Part shown: positions 37,509 through 49,991 of the stretch, piece after piece | Layout: each line of letters opens with the position of its first letter | How positions within the stretch are numbered: position 1 is the stretch's first letter | DNA from: Octopus bimaculoides | Taxonomy: Eukaryota | DNA length: 64,000 bases | Assembly (NCBI RefSeq): GCF_001194135.2 | Contig: NC_068985.1 | Coordinates: 114,144,954-114,208,953, forward strand | Reading direction: 5' to 3' | Notes under the pieces: model-generated | Databases searched by the model: none | What the model was told of the DNA's origin: nothing | What the model saw: the letters and a program-made list of their open reading frames with translations, nothing else | Program-made: the position numbers and the translations under genes

Positions 37509-38652
37509 TTTCTCAGATAGTTTTGGACCCACTTCTAAAGCAAACCTGAGCATTTTCCATCCTCCTCCCCACACTACCACTACCCTTGCCTCCACTGTCT
37601 TGCTCCCTTCCTACGATGGTAATCCTAGTCACTACCACCACCACCACCACCATAGCTATTAACACCACTACCACTACCACTACTACTATCGCTGATTTTA
37701 TTACTGCCACCATTACCCTCATTGGTTGTTGATAACATGTTTACCTCCAACCACCACAACCACCACCACCATATATCTGAACAATGTTGGCTATGTATGA
37801 GTGTGTGCGTGTGTGTACATGCGTGTGTGTGCATGTGCATGTGTGTGTGTGTGTGGTTTAGACCCAAGCTATGAACAATGAAATTGAGATTGAAGTGTCT
37901 TGTACATAACAATAATAAAGTTTTAAAAGAAAATAAAAAGGAAGAATGCCTGGTGTTGTTGCTGCTACTACTACTGTTGTTGTTCTGTTGTAATTGTCAT
38001 TGTGTCATCAGTGTCACAGAGAGAGAGATAGAGAGAGAGAGAGAGACAGACAGAGAGACAGAGATAGACAGAGTATGAAAGAAAGAGGACAAGCTTTATC
38101 TCAATTTCAGTTTCCCTGGTCCATCCCACCCCACACCCATGATTCATCACCTCTCTATGAATCAAGAATGCCTAGCTACCCTTGAAGATAACAAAGACAA
38201 ACCTGTCTTAAACAGATTGCAAAAATAAAATAAATCATTCACAAACAATACAAGAAATCTATTATTGCTACATGGGCCAAAAATGCCTTCCAGTGTTTAG
38301 CTGCATATCTTTAGGCTCTAAGTTCGGATTCAGCCAAGGTTAATTTTTGCCTCTGTTCTGTATGGATTATATAAAGAACCTTGCTTCCCAACCATGTTGT
38401 CTTCAGTTCAATCTCACTTGGTTCAGCCCCAAACTGAAAGAAGCTCATCACACACACACACACACATTATTGACCACACATATATATATATATATGTATT
38501 TCCCAGTAGATTGCAGTTTTGTGTGGTGAAGATTACTCTCTCAAAACACCAGGTATTAAAACACCTGAGTAGCAGGGAGAGCAAATAATGAAGAAGGAGA
38601 GCTTCTAACAATGTGAAAAGGGTAAGTTTAGTAGCCTTTACATATTTCAGGC

Positions 38653-38684
<32 letters not shown>

Positions 38685-38941
38685 GAAGGTTTGGAGGTGA
38701 TGTACAGAAATTATATAGAAAAAAATTAAGGTACTNNNNNNNNNNNNNNNNNNNNNNNNNNNNNNNNNNNNNNNNNNNNNNNNNNNNNNNNNNNNNNNNN
38801 NNNNNNNNNNNNNNNNNNNNNNNNNNNNNNNNNNNNNNNNNNNNNNNNNNNNNNNNNNNNNNNNNNNNNNNNNNNNNNNNNNNNNNNNNNNNNNNNNNNN
38901 NNNNNNNNNNNNNNNNNNNNNNNNNNNNNNNNNNNNNNNNN

Positions 38942-38983
38942 CACCTAATCGTGTAGGATTTTCAAATCCTACACGATTAGGTG
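38942..38983. repeat. Perfect 19-bp hairpin with 4-nt loop; left arm abuts an N gap
   Basis: cacctaatcgtgtaggatt-ttca-aatcctacacgattaggtg. Confidence 0.85.
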
Positions 38984-39096
38984 AAAAGCGCTTTATTTAA
39001 TTTATAAAACATGTGACATTAATAAAAATCTGTAAATGTACAAACATCCAGATTTCTGAGTACCTTAATTTTTTTCTATATATATATATATATTTT

Positions 39097-39250
39097 CCAA
39101 GTGGCTGTTTTCCTATGTGTTCGTTCCGTGGTCTGTAGTTCATTATTCTAACGTTCTGTACCCTGATATGCATCTATATACACATGTAGATGTACGTATG
39201 TACATATATGTGTGTATACATGCATATATATTCTTTGTATTATTACATTA
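39097..39250 (+). mobile_element. Partial family-A Penelope-like repeat (3' part only)
   Basis: ccaagtggctgttttcctatgtg...ctgtaccctgatatgcatc matches 55490-55600. Confidence 0.5.
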
Positions 39251-39283
39251 TCGAACGCACGCGTCCTTTTTACAAGTAAGTTT

Positions 39284-39325
<42 letters not shown>

Positions 39326-40057
39326 TACAAACAGGTTTCTTTCAGTTCCCATCTACCAAAGTCACTGACAAGATTTTGGTCTACCCTTGGCTATAGTAGA
39401 AAACATTTGCTCAAGGTACCACACGGTAAGACTGAGCCCACGACCTCATGATTGGGGCGCCAGCTTTTCTCTTCTCGTCTCTCAACCATGCAGCCATACC
39501 TATACTTGTATTTTTTTTTCTATTTTTACTGTATCAGCATTAGTGAAGTCACTTTGTAACTGGCAAGAGTAAAGAGACCCATCCATCAAATGAAAGAGGA
39601 AGATAAGAAATAGGATGGACCAGCTAAAATTCTCAATTTGGTGTCTTTATTTCATAAAAGTAGATCGTATATATGTATACAATGACACACAAACATACAT
39701 ATATATACACAAGCATAGATAATGAAATCCTATAATATGAGAACTAGATTATAAACCCAATCTAGCTCAAGTTTTTTATTTAAGAGAAACACATTTGGTT
39801 TCTTAAACCATTCAGGTCATTACATCTATAGCTACCAAGTCAAAGGTTAAGACAGAAAAAAAGGAAGAAAGGAAGAAAGGAAGTATAATAAACAAAACTA
39901 TACAAGTGTGGAAAAGAAAATACAATTTACAAGATTTGTAGTCGGATAGCAAGTAAAGAATATTCATTCATACGCACATGTAGACAGCCACTTATACATA
40001 CAAATATTCATAGTGTGTATATAAGCAATGTGAACACGCACCTAGTTATAGGACAGC

Positions 40058-40058
40058 T

Positions 40059-40090
<32 letters not shown>

Positions 40091-40264
40091 GAGAGAGGAA
40101 GGCAGAGACAAAAAAAGTCAAACAAATAGAGAGAGAAAGAGGAAGAAAGAGGGAGAGGGAGAGAGAAAGAGAAGAAGGCAGAGACAAAAAAGAAAGTCAA
40201 ACAAATAGAGAGAGACACACAAACAGACAGAGAGAGAGACAGACAGACAGACAGACACAGAGAT

Positions 40265-40303
<39 letters not shown>

Positions 40304-40370
40304 GACAGACAGAGAGAGAGACAGAGAGAGACAGACAGACAGAGAGAGACAGACAGACAGAGAGACAGAC

Positions 40371-40423
<53 letters not shown>

Positions 40424-40591
40424 GAAACAGACAGACAGAGAAACAGACAGACAGAGANNNNNNNNNNNNNNNNNNNNNNNNNNNNNNNNNNNNNNNNNNN
40501 NNNNNNNNNNNNNNNNNNNNNNNNNNNNNNNNNNNNNNNNNNNNNNNNNNNNNNNNNNNNNNNNNNNAGACAGACAGACAGACAGACAGAC

Positions 40592-40640
<49 letters not shown>

Positions 40641-40783
40641 GAAACAGACAGACAGAGAAACAGACAGACAGAGAAACAGACAGACAGAGACAGACAGACA
40701 GAGACAGACAGACAGAGACAGAGACAGACAGAGACAGACAGACAGAGACAGACAGACAGAAACAGACAGACAGACAGACAGAA

Positions 40784-40816
<33 letters not shown>

Positions 40817-40855
40817 GAGAGAGACAGACAGACAGAGAGAGATAGGCAGAGACAG
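40058..40855. repeat. (AG)/(AGAC)/(AGAA) compound purine-rich microsatellite with gap
   Basis: Seen directly. Confidence 0.95.
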
Positions 40856-41129
40856 AGAAGGGAGAAGAAACAGTTTCCAGACACCTGCAGTCTTGGAAGA
40901 AAAAGAAATGATGACCTGAGTGGAAAAAGATGGCAAGGAGTCTGGGGATATCAGGGTTGGTAGTAAGAAGGAATTTGACAGCAGCCAAACGATAAAGGGT
41001 CACTGCAAAAGAGAACAGAGACAAGACACAACAATAACAATTCCAAGATGGCTGTCAGAAATGTTTGGTATGGCAGTGATGTAGACAAGGACTGTGAGGG
41101 TGAAGACAATCATTATAGCTATATCTTTC

Positions 41130-42330
41130 ATGATGGTGATGGTGATAAGTGATGATGGCGATGGTGAAGATGATGGTGATGATGATGGTGGTGATGATGG
41201 TAGTGTTGATGATGGTGGTGGTGATGATGATGGTGTTGATGATGGTGATGATGATGGTGGTGGTGATGATGGTGGTGGTGATGATGATGGTGGTGTTGAT
41301 GATGGTGATGATGATGGTGGTATGATGATGATGATGATGATGATGGTGGTGGTAGTGATGATGATGATGATGATGATGATAATGATAATGGTGGTGATGN
41401 NNNNNNNNNNNNNNNNNNNNNNNNNNNNNNNNNNNNNNNNNNNNNNNNNNNNNNNNNNNNNNNNNNNNNNNNNNNNNNNNNNNNNNNNNNNNNNNNNNNN
41501 NNNNNNNNNNNNNNNNNNNNNNNNNNNNNNNNNNNNNNNNNNNNNNNNNNNNNNNNNNNNNNNNNNNNNNNNNNNNNNNNNNNNNNNNNNNNNNNNNNNN
41601 NNNNNNNNNNNNNNNNNNNNNNNNNNNNNNNNNNNNNNNNNNNNNNNNNNNNNNNNNNNNNNNNNNNNNNNNNNNNNNNNNNNNNNNNNNNNNNNNNNNN
41701 NNNNNNNNNNNNNNNNNNNNNNNNNNNNNNNNNNNNNNNNNNNNNNNNNNNNNNNNNNNNNNNNNNNNNNNNNNNNNNNNNNNNNNNNNNNNNNNNNNNN
41801 NNNNNNNNNNNNNNNNNNNNNNNNNNNNNNNNNNNNNNNNNNNNNNNNNNNNNNNNNNNNNNNNNNNNNNNNNNNNNNNNNNNNNNNNNNNNNNNNNNNN
41901 NNNNNNNNNNNNNNNNNNNNNNNNNNNNNNNNNNGTGGTGATGGTGGTGGTGGTGATGATGATGGTGTTGATGATGGTGATGATGATGGTGATGATGATG
42001 GTGGTGGTGATGATGATGGTGATTATGATGATGTTGATGATGATGGTGGTGATGATGGTGGTGATGATGGTGGTGGTGATGACGGTGGTGGTGGTGGCAG
42101 TAATGATGACGGAGACGCAATGGTGATGATCATGGCAATAGTGGTGCTGATGGTAATAATGATGAGTATGGTGGTGTTGATGGTGATGGTGGTGGAAATG
42201 GTAAAGGGGAGAGTGATGGTGACCGGTCATAACAGTTACGATAGTAATGAAGGTGGTACCAGTCATCGTTAGTTAGGATGACGCTAATAACAATAACGAT
42301 AATAATAGTAGTAATAATAATAATAATAAG
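41130..42330. repeat. (GAT)/(GGT) trinucleotide tract with gap; similar tracts at 22575-23330 and 42625-43080
   Basis: Seen directly. Confidence 0.95.
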
Positions 42331-43739
42331 TAATGGTTAAAAATGGTGATGGGCCAATACAAATGGCGCCAACAATGACGACAGCGATAACTGACGGTGT
42401 AGATAAAAATGGTAAAGTAATGGTGCCAAAGACGATTATAATAATAATGATACACATGACAACTACAGGAGAGAGAGAGAGAGAGAGAGAGAGGAGGAGA
42501 AATCACCATTTCTCAAAAGCAGAAAGAAAAAAAACAAAGCAACAAAAACGTTTCTTCTATCTTCCCAAAATAACATCAGTCTGTTTTGTTCGTAGCTTTT
42601 ATTTCTCACATTCTTTTGAGACAATTATGACAATGATGATGATGGTGGTGGTGGTGGTGGTGGTGGATGGTTGTGATGGCGGTGGCGGTGGTGGTGATAG
42701 TGGTGNNNNNNNNNNNNNNNNNNNNNNNNNNNNNNNNNNNNNNNNNNNNNNNNNNNNNNNNNNNNNNNNNNNNNNNNNNNNNNNNNNNNNNNNNNNNNNN
42801 NNNNNNNNNNNNNNNNNNNGATAGCAGTGATGGTGATGGATGGTGGTGGATGGTTGTGTCGGTGGTGGTGGTGGTGGATCGCTGTGATGGTGGTGGGGAT
42901 GATGATGGTGGTAATGGTGGTGGTGATGGATGGTGGTGGATCGCTGTGATGGTGGTGTTGGTAGTGATAGTGGTGGTTATAGTGGTGATGATGAAGGTGA
43001 TCATGATGCTGATGAAGGTGATCATGATGATGATGATGATGAAGGTGATGATGATGATGACGATGGTGGTGATGATTATAGGTGTTATTTTCAGTGGGCG
43101 GTGGGGAAATACAGGTTTCAAGTAAATTACAGTAAATCTCATATTTTACAAAAACCCAACTTTTTCCCACCTCCCCCATTTCACTATCATCATTACACTC
43201 ACTACAACCACCATTTCCACCACTAACACTACCATCAACATGACCTTGTTAAGCACAGAGTGTTTTAGTACATCACTACATGAACGTAACCTTAATGTTT
43301 GCTGTATCTTCAAATCTTCAAGTAATTTAGAAAACATAATAGATAAACAAATAAACAAATAAATACATAAATAAAAACACTTCTGTTGAACTCTTTGGTT
43401 CACCCAGGTTATACCACTCAACCACCCCAGACTTTTGTTTTCCTGCTCCCTCCCTTCTTTATTCCCCTCGCCCATTCTAACATTTGCAATTTCCATTTGG
43501 TGTCATTGATGAGAGGTAAGGTTAGTGGAACTTTTAAGAAAAAAGAACAGGTGCTCCTTTTTGCATGGAAAAGAAAGAGTTGGCTATTGAAACCACGGGC
43601 AGCAAGTATTTTGTTTGAAGATTTCTATCTAGCGTGCAAAATCGTATTTCAAGCAGATTCACACACATACATTTACATGAGCACAAAAGCCGATTCAAAT
43701 ACAACAGTGACACAAATCGTATTCATTTCTATAACAAGG

Positions 43740-43915
43740 CATTGGGATGGCAGTGTGGTAAGAAGTTTGCTTCCCAAGCACAAGGTGCCAGGTTCAGTTG
43801 TACTGTGTGACACGGGGGCTATAGTGAAAGACACTTGCAAATGTCTTTTATTATTGTCCTGTGCCAACCAGAGCCTTGTGAGTGGATTTGGTAGACAAAA
43901 ACTGAATAAAGCCTA

Positions 43916-43962
<47 letters not shown>

Positions 43963-44215
43963 AACACACATATATGTATATGTATCTATGTGTGTGTGTT
44001 ACTGTCTCTTTGCTTTGAATTCACATGGTAGTTGTGAAACAAGCGATATCTGTTTCCAATCTTTTGTGAAAAATGTTTGGTCATGGGGAATATTACCTTA
44101 TTTGGAGACAGTTGAGGTTTCGTGAATGGAAGGGCATCCAGCCATAGAAAATCTGCCACAATACATGCCGTCTGACCCATGGAAGCACGGGAAAGTGGAC
44201 ATCGTCATCATCATC
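43740..44215 (+). mobile_element. CORE-type SINE with internal (TA)n and ggaagggcatcc module
   Basis: ggcagtgtggtaagaagtttgcttcccaagc...gccttgtgagtggatttggtagac...gaagggcatccagccatagaaaatctgcc. Confidence 0.7.
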
Positions 44216-46505
44216 ACAAATATTTTGATAGCAAAATCTAACAACCATCATCTCTTCTTAAGCAATTACATACTATATATGTCAGTGTATAAGATGCATC
44301 TATCTTATTTTTAAATGTAACAACAGAAGGCCATGTACCTAAGGTGACCATATTATGGATAAGATACCATGTGTATGAAAATTTGTTTTTCCCCACCAAA
44401 AAGTTGGGGGTTGTCTTATGCGAGAGTGTGTCTTTTTAGAAAAAGATTTGTCTCCCCTTACACACACTTCCTGTTTTGACACCACATTTCCTGCTTAACA
44501 CAAACTTTTAGCCCTTTTTTAAACCTAACACAATTCTCAATTCTCATGCATCCTTATTTTTCCAACCATTATATACATGAATTACCATTGAACTTTAAAA
44601 GCTCAAAGACAATATAATGTATTGGTATAGTTATTTTTTAATATATTATTTTCTTCAGTCTGTACTTCTTTGTAAAAAACATTTTCATTCTCCCTCTTCT
44701 TGAAAATTTGCTANNNNNNNNNNTTCTTCAGTCTGTACTTCTTTGTAAAAAACATTTTCATTCTCCCTCTTCTTGAAAATTTGCTAAGCAATGAAAGCTG
44801 GTTAGAAATCTTTATTGAAATATGCTTCCAGTTTAGCATTCTGCCTTATTATTTTTCATTTTCCTATTATTTCTCCTCGTGCGGTTAACACAACCCCACC
44901 ATTTACTGACTTTATATATATATATATATTCATTTATATTTATATAAGGGCATTACTACAGAATAATGCCACACACTAGACTTCCCAAATAAACATTAAT
45001 CAAATATGACGTTGAGGGTTCTAGTTCATCTGATCAACGGAACAGCCTGCTCATGAAATCAACATGCAAGTGGCTAAGCAGTCCACAAACATGTGTACCC
45101 TTAATGTAGTTCACAAAGAGTTAAGACATGATACAGAATGTGACCAAGGTGGCCTTCTGAAATACGGTTACTACTCATTTTTGCCAGGTAAGTGGACTGG
45201 AGCAAGATGAAGTAAAGTGTCTTGCTCAAAGACACAACATATTGCTGTGAATTGAACTCACGACCTTATGATTGTGAGCTGAATACCCTAGCCACTAATC
45301 CACACACACACATACATGACAGCCTTTTATACAGTGTCTGTCAGCAAAATTTGCTCACAACCCAGGACTATGGTAGAAGACACTTGCCCAAGGGGCTGTG
45401 TAATGGGACTGAACCTGAAAACTCACAGCTGGAAAGCGAGCACCTTAACCACACAGCCATGCCTGTACCTGTACAACTGAATATTCCGGATATCTGGTCA
45501 TCACATCTTAAATCATCATAGGCCCTTACAAAACTCATTAAAACTCTTTATATACATCAGTTATTCCCATTAATATTTCTGAATGTAGTTGAAATGAGAG
45601 AAAAAGGAAAAAATAATTTAAGTAAAGAGCAAGTTTTATTAACCTAATAAAATACTGTAAATGCAGTAAAATTAAATATTGCACAGTACTTTGAGAAGCA
45701 ACGATCCATTTTAGATAGAGTAGAAACTTTCTTTTAATGGCAATTAATTAACACAAATTAGCACGAATTCTCTTGACTCTAATCAACAACAGATTTTTTT
45801 TTGTTTTCTTTTTTCCCCCTCAGTATTAGTCACTTTAGAGTTCTAGCTATTTGAGCATCAAATATATGTAAGAGTGAGTTACCAGTATCACCATTTATTG
45901 CACCAGGAACATTACAACAACTCATCACAAAAGGAGAGCAGGAAAAAGAATGGAGGAATGTTTTTTATTGTTTAGCACCAGATTCTGTCTTCTTCCAAAA
46001 GACACCAGACCTGTGCTGAAAGGTGTTCAGAAGCCATGCCCATCTCAAATTTTCTTTCAGAAATGGTGCTTTTTAGATGTTGTCTCATGTGTTTGACATA
46101 CTTTTTAAGAATTTAGTAGCTATTTCTAGTAGGCTAGCTGACCACATACAGGAGCCCTTACTAGTTCAACAGCAGCTGAGGATTAAATGCATATAACACT
46201 CCATTTTAATTACATATACTAATGTATATGGCTGTCATTTAAAATTATACATATACTAAACTTAAGTTCTAGGAAAATGAAGCCAATTATATATATATAT
46301 ATATATATATATAAATATATATATATATCATCATNNNNNNNNNNNNNNNNNNNNNNNNNNNNNNNNNNNNNNNNNNNNNNNNNNNNNNNNNNNNNNNNNN
46401 NNNNNNNNNNNNNNNNNNNNNNNNNNNNNNNNNNNNNNNNNNNNNNNNNNNNNNNNNNNNNNNNNNNNNNNNNNNNNNNNNNNNNNNNNNNNNNNNNNNN
46501 NNNNN

Positions 46506-46538
<33 letters not shown>

Positions 46539-46807
46539 TTTCGTCAAACTACTTCATTCTGTGAGTTTTTCTCACTGGAGAAAGATGTTGTGGCCTGCCA
46601 CTCACAGTCCTTGAATATCTCATGAGGTTGGTGATTTTGTGTCGCTATTTGAGCTATATTTTTTAGCTCCAATTTCTAGCAATTGCAGGTGCTATTTTGG
46701 TCCCTTAATTATTTTACCTGTTTGGTTTTTAATTGCTACAGCCATCAATATCATAATGTATTTAATATATAATAATATACTAATTTATCGTTATAATATC
46801 TTATTGT

Positions 46808-47190
46808 ATTTACTCTTTTACTTGTTTCAGTCATTTGACTGTGGCCATGCTGGAGCACTGCCTTTAGTCGAGCAAATCGACCCCAGGACTTATTCTTTGT
46901 AAGCCTAGTACTTATTCTATTGGGCACTTTTGCCGAACTGCTAAGTTAAGGGGACCTAAACACATCAGCATCGGTTGTCAAGAGATGTTGGGGGGACAAA
47001 CACAGATACACATGCATACATATATACATATATACGACGGGCTTCTTTCAGTTTCCGTTTACCAAATCCACTCACAAGGCTTTGGTCAGCCCGAGGCTAT
47101 AGTAGAAGACACTTGCCCAAGGTGCCACGCAGTGGGACTGAACCCGGAACTATGTGGTTGGTAAGCAAGCTACTTACCACACAGCCACTC
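46808..47190 (-). mobile_element. Young full-length CORE-type SINE (OR1/OR2-like)
   Basis: Reverse strand: gagtggctgtgtggtaagtagcttgc...ccgggttcagtcccactgcgtggcaccttgggcaagtgtctt (tRNA head + CORE-like); tgtattta on both flanks. Confidence 0.85.
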
Positions 47191-47489
47191 TTGTGTATTT
47201 ATATATATATATATATAAGGAGAGCGGTTGAAAGAGAGAAAGAATTGATGAGTAGCCATCAAAAGATAAATCCATGCTAATGGAGAGTTCAGTGAATATC
47301 AGGTTGTAAAACTTTAATACAGTATTAGAACACAGAGAATCCAAATGGGACTGGCTGATATGTATGTATATAGATAATCAGCTAAAATGATCTTTAAGAG
47401 AAACATATTTATGATAAAAGCAGAAAAGCATTAATTTCACATGTGATATTCCTGATGATTTGGGTAAACGTAGCTATTAAATTAATTTC

Positions 47490-47815
47490 CATTTTTTTTT
47501 CTATGGGGCAAAGATCCCAGGCACCTTCCACTTAGGGTCCTATCAGAAGCATCCATCATTAAACTTCCTGATTGGTTTCCCAACCATGACCAATTGAGAG
47601 TATGGATATTATTTAGCCGTCTCATTTTTGGTCCACCCTTAAGTCTTCTGGTTGGTTCATCTTGAAGAATGTGTCTCGTGATTCTTTCCTGCAACATTCT
47701 CATCCCATGTCCTTCGTAGCAGTGCTGTAACCTCTCAATGCAGAGGACTAGTGGCTCAACCTGGAGAAACTCCCTGATCCCTGAGTTATGTACCCTGTTG
47801 AGTAATGTTACTCAA
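47490..47815 (-). mobile_element. RTE-clade LINE 3' coding fragment, decayed
   Basis: Translates VTLLNRVHNSGIREFLQVEPLVLCIERLQHCYEGHGMRMLQERITRHILQDEPTRRLKGGPKMRRLNNI, matching the RTE C-terminal pattern R-N--IR--L-V...L-WFGHV-RM...R--RG-P--RW-D-I. Confidence 0.75.
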
Positions 47816-48136
47816 GAGAACCTTCTGAGGAACTCTGGTTTAGTCACTTGTATTCATTATTGTACTCTTTCTGTCATTATCTAACATTTACAACCACAGG
47901 TGAGAGTAGGCACACAAACTAAATTGAAGATTTATATTATGTGTCACAAAAACATAATTACACATGCAATATTGATGTCTAACTTAACGAAACAGCTGTT
48001 GAATATGAAGTATGAACTATGTGAAATTTATGCTTTTCTATTTTTATTCTGTATATACACACACATTATATATATACATATATATATATTCACAAATGGA
48101 TATAAAAAAGGGAAGATAGAGGAAGTGTGTTCTTAC

Positions 48137-48322
48137 TTTGATGATGGTGCCAACGGTAGTTCCAATGAAAGCCACAGTGTAATCATAAGTTATCGATACA
48201 GCTACAGCAGAAGCTATTATCGAAGGGAAATCCTGTGTAATGGGAACCTCCACTGGTACAGTCCCAGCTATTGGTGTGTTGATATCTAAAGTTCCACAGT
48301 AATTGTCATCAATTTGGAGTGT
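48137..48322 (-). CDS. PlexA: Internal coding exon of a plexin (plexin-A-like), C-terminal part of Sema domain; 62 codons, phase 0-0
   Basis: Minus strand reads ...aaaatctctttcAG|ACA CTC CAA ATT GAT GAC AAT TAC TGT GGA...ACC ATC ATC AAA|GTaaga; 186 nt, no stops. Peptide TLQIDDNYCGTLDINTPIAGTVPVEVPITQDFPSIIASAVAVSITYDYTVAFIGTTVGTIIK matches the plexin motif IDDNFCG-LDIN-P-GG...TSVA...YTV-F-GT--G-LKK, where plexin-A genes also have a phase-0 intron after the final K. A versus B subfamily is not certain from one exon. Confidence 0.88.
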
Positions 48323-48411
48323 CTGAAAGAGATTTTAAAGAAGAAACATCAAGATTCATGAATTATTTTATTGTAATAATTAAAACAGCAACAACAATAA
48401 TAATAATAATT

Positions 48412-48832
48412 CTTTCTACTATAGGTAGAAGACATGAAATTGGAGGAAGGGGATAATCAATTACATCGACCCTAGTACTAAAGTGATATGTTTTTTTCAT
48501 TGACCCCAAAAATATGAAAGGCAAAGTCAACCTTATAGAAATTTGAACCCAGAATGTAATGATGAATGAAATGCCACTAAGTATTTTGCCTGGCATGCTA
48601 ACAATTCTGCCTCAATAATGATAATCCTTTCTACTATAGGCACAAGGCCTGAAATTCTGGGGAGCAGGGCTAGTCAATTACATTGACCCCAGTGCTCAAC
48701 TGGCACTTAATTTATCGACCCTGAAAGGATGAAAGGCAAAGTTGACTTCTGCAGAATTTGTACAGAAAGATTGATGAAATAGCACTAAACATTTTGCCTG
48801 GCATGCTAATGATTCTGCCAGCTCGCTGCCTT
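48412..48832 (-). mobile_element. Two tandem family-M SINEs in (TAA)n, about 90 bp upstream of the plexin exon acceptor
   Basis: Copies at about 48412-48612 and 48627-48832. Confidence 0.75.
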
Positions 48833-48875
48833 AAATAATAATAATAATAATAATAACAACAACAACAATAATCCC

Positions 48876-49225
48876 AAATGGGAGATAGTACCAACTGGTA
48901 CTCTTAAACATTATGGCTAAATATCAGACAACCCAAAAGTATCAACAATACAAGAAATTGTTCTCATGTATTGCCCGCTTCTTAAGAAAAAACACTTAAT
49001 CTGAGAATACTTGGTTCTCATAAAACTCTTTCAAAACTGAAATATTACAAATTTAACAATCTTAGTCCTTAGCATCTGGTCTCCTTCTCCAATAATTTAT
49101 CATTGTTAATCCTAAATAACTCCCACAGTAAAGTGTCCAACTTGCTCTTACTTGAGATCTCTGGGTGATGCTTGGAACACTTTGTATAAAGCAGAGTAAA
49201 AAACAATGTAAATAATAATTATAAT
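48876..49225 (+). mobile_element. Decayed 3' end of R4/Dong-like REL LINE
   Basis: KHYG*ISDNPKVSTIQEIVLMYCPLLKKKHLI* aligns loosely with DKYITKTPGLTNIYNIQKIALLGTAHILRKALSI*; begins in (TAA)n and ends in a TAA-rich tail. Confidence 0.5.
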
Positions 49226-49499
49226 ATAATAAAAACACATACACTAATATAACAAGAAACTAGACCCCATAACAAAAACTGATGCAGCACACCAACCAGA
49301 GGAGTCTACATTCACCCAAATTCCACAAAAATAACACAATGCTGCTCACAACTCAGGGACATGGCAGTGCATTAGATGGTGCAGTAGAAACTTGCATAAG
49401 ACTACCAAAGAGTAAATATTATTACAGATATACATATACAAAGATTGTCAATGCATACAGGCATGTCCTCTACATCCCTCTCTCAGCTGAGAGATCCTA

Positions 49500-49946
49500 G
49501 TCTTGCAGGCTTGGGGGTGTTGGCGCCAGGTAAAAGTGCCGGTGTCATGCAAGAGCACCGGTTCCAGTGTCACATAATAGTGCCTGTGCTGGTACCATGT
49601 AGAAGTGCCTGTGCCGGAGTCACAAAAAAGCACCCAGTACATTATGTAGAAGGGTTGGCATTAGGAAGGGCATCCAGCCATAGAAAACATGTCAAAACAG
49701 ACATGTGGAGCCCAGGAAGCTCTTCAGCTGGTCAGCTACTGTCAAACTATCTAATTCATGCCAGCATAGAGAATGGACATTAAATGATGATGTTGATGAT
49801 GATGATGATGATGGTGAGGATGAAAATGACCATTTTAACATCCTCTTTTTTGTGCTTGCCTAAGTCAGTAGGAGCTTATTTAGGTAAATTTTCTATAGCT
49901 GGATGCCTTTCATATGCATACACACAAACATCATACACATACACAC

Positions 49947-49991
<45 letters not shown>

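Noticed and set aside
38517-38621. Plus-strand segment with an acceptor and a strong donor aagg|gtaagt
   Set aside because: It has stops in all three frames and no other evidence for an antisense transcript.
40918-40996. [12 protein letters not shown], death-domain-like peptide on the plus strand
   Set aside because: It is bounded by stops immediately upstream and shortly downstream.
43386-43916. 176-aa ORF
   Set aside because: The C-terminal third is SINE sequence and the rest has no recognisable motif.
47225-47350. Minus-strand open stretch ...FTELSISMDLSFDGYSS resembling the I--D(L/M)-FD motif of the next plexin exon
   Set aside because: There is no usable acceptor or donor, the expected LY-M motif is missing, and the frame runs into (TA)n and a SINE; most likely coincidence.
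49151-49180. Apparent minus-strand donor gatctcaa|gtaaga upstream of the plexin exon
   Set aside because: No plexin-like translation; it lies in the putative 3' UTR of an R4-like LINE fragment.
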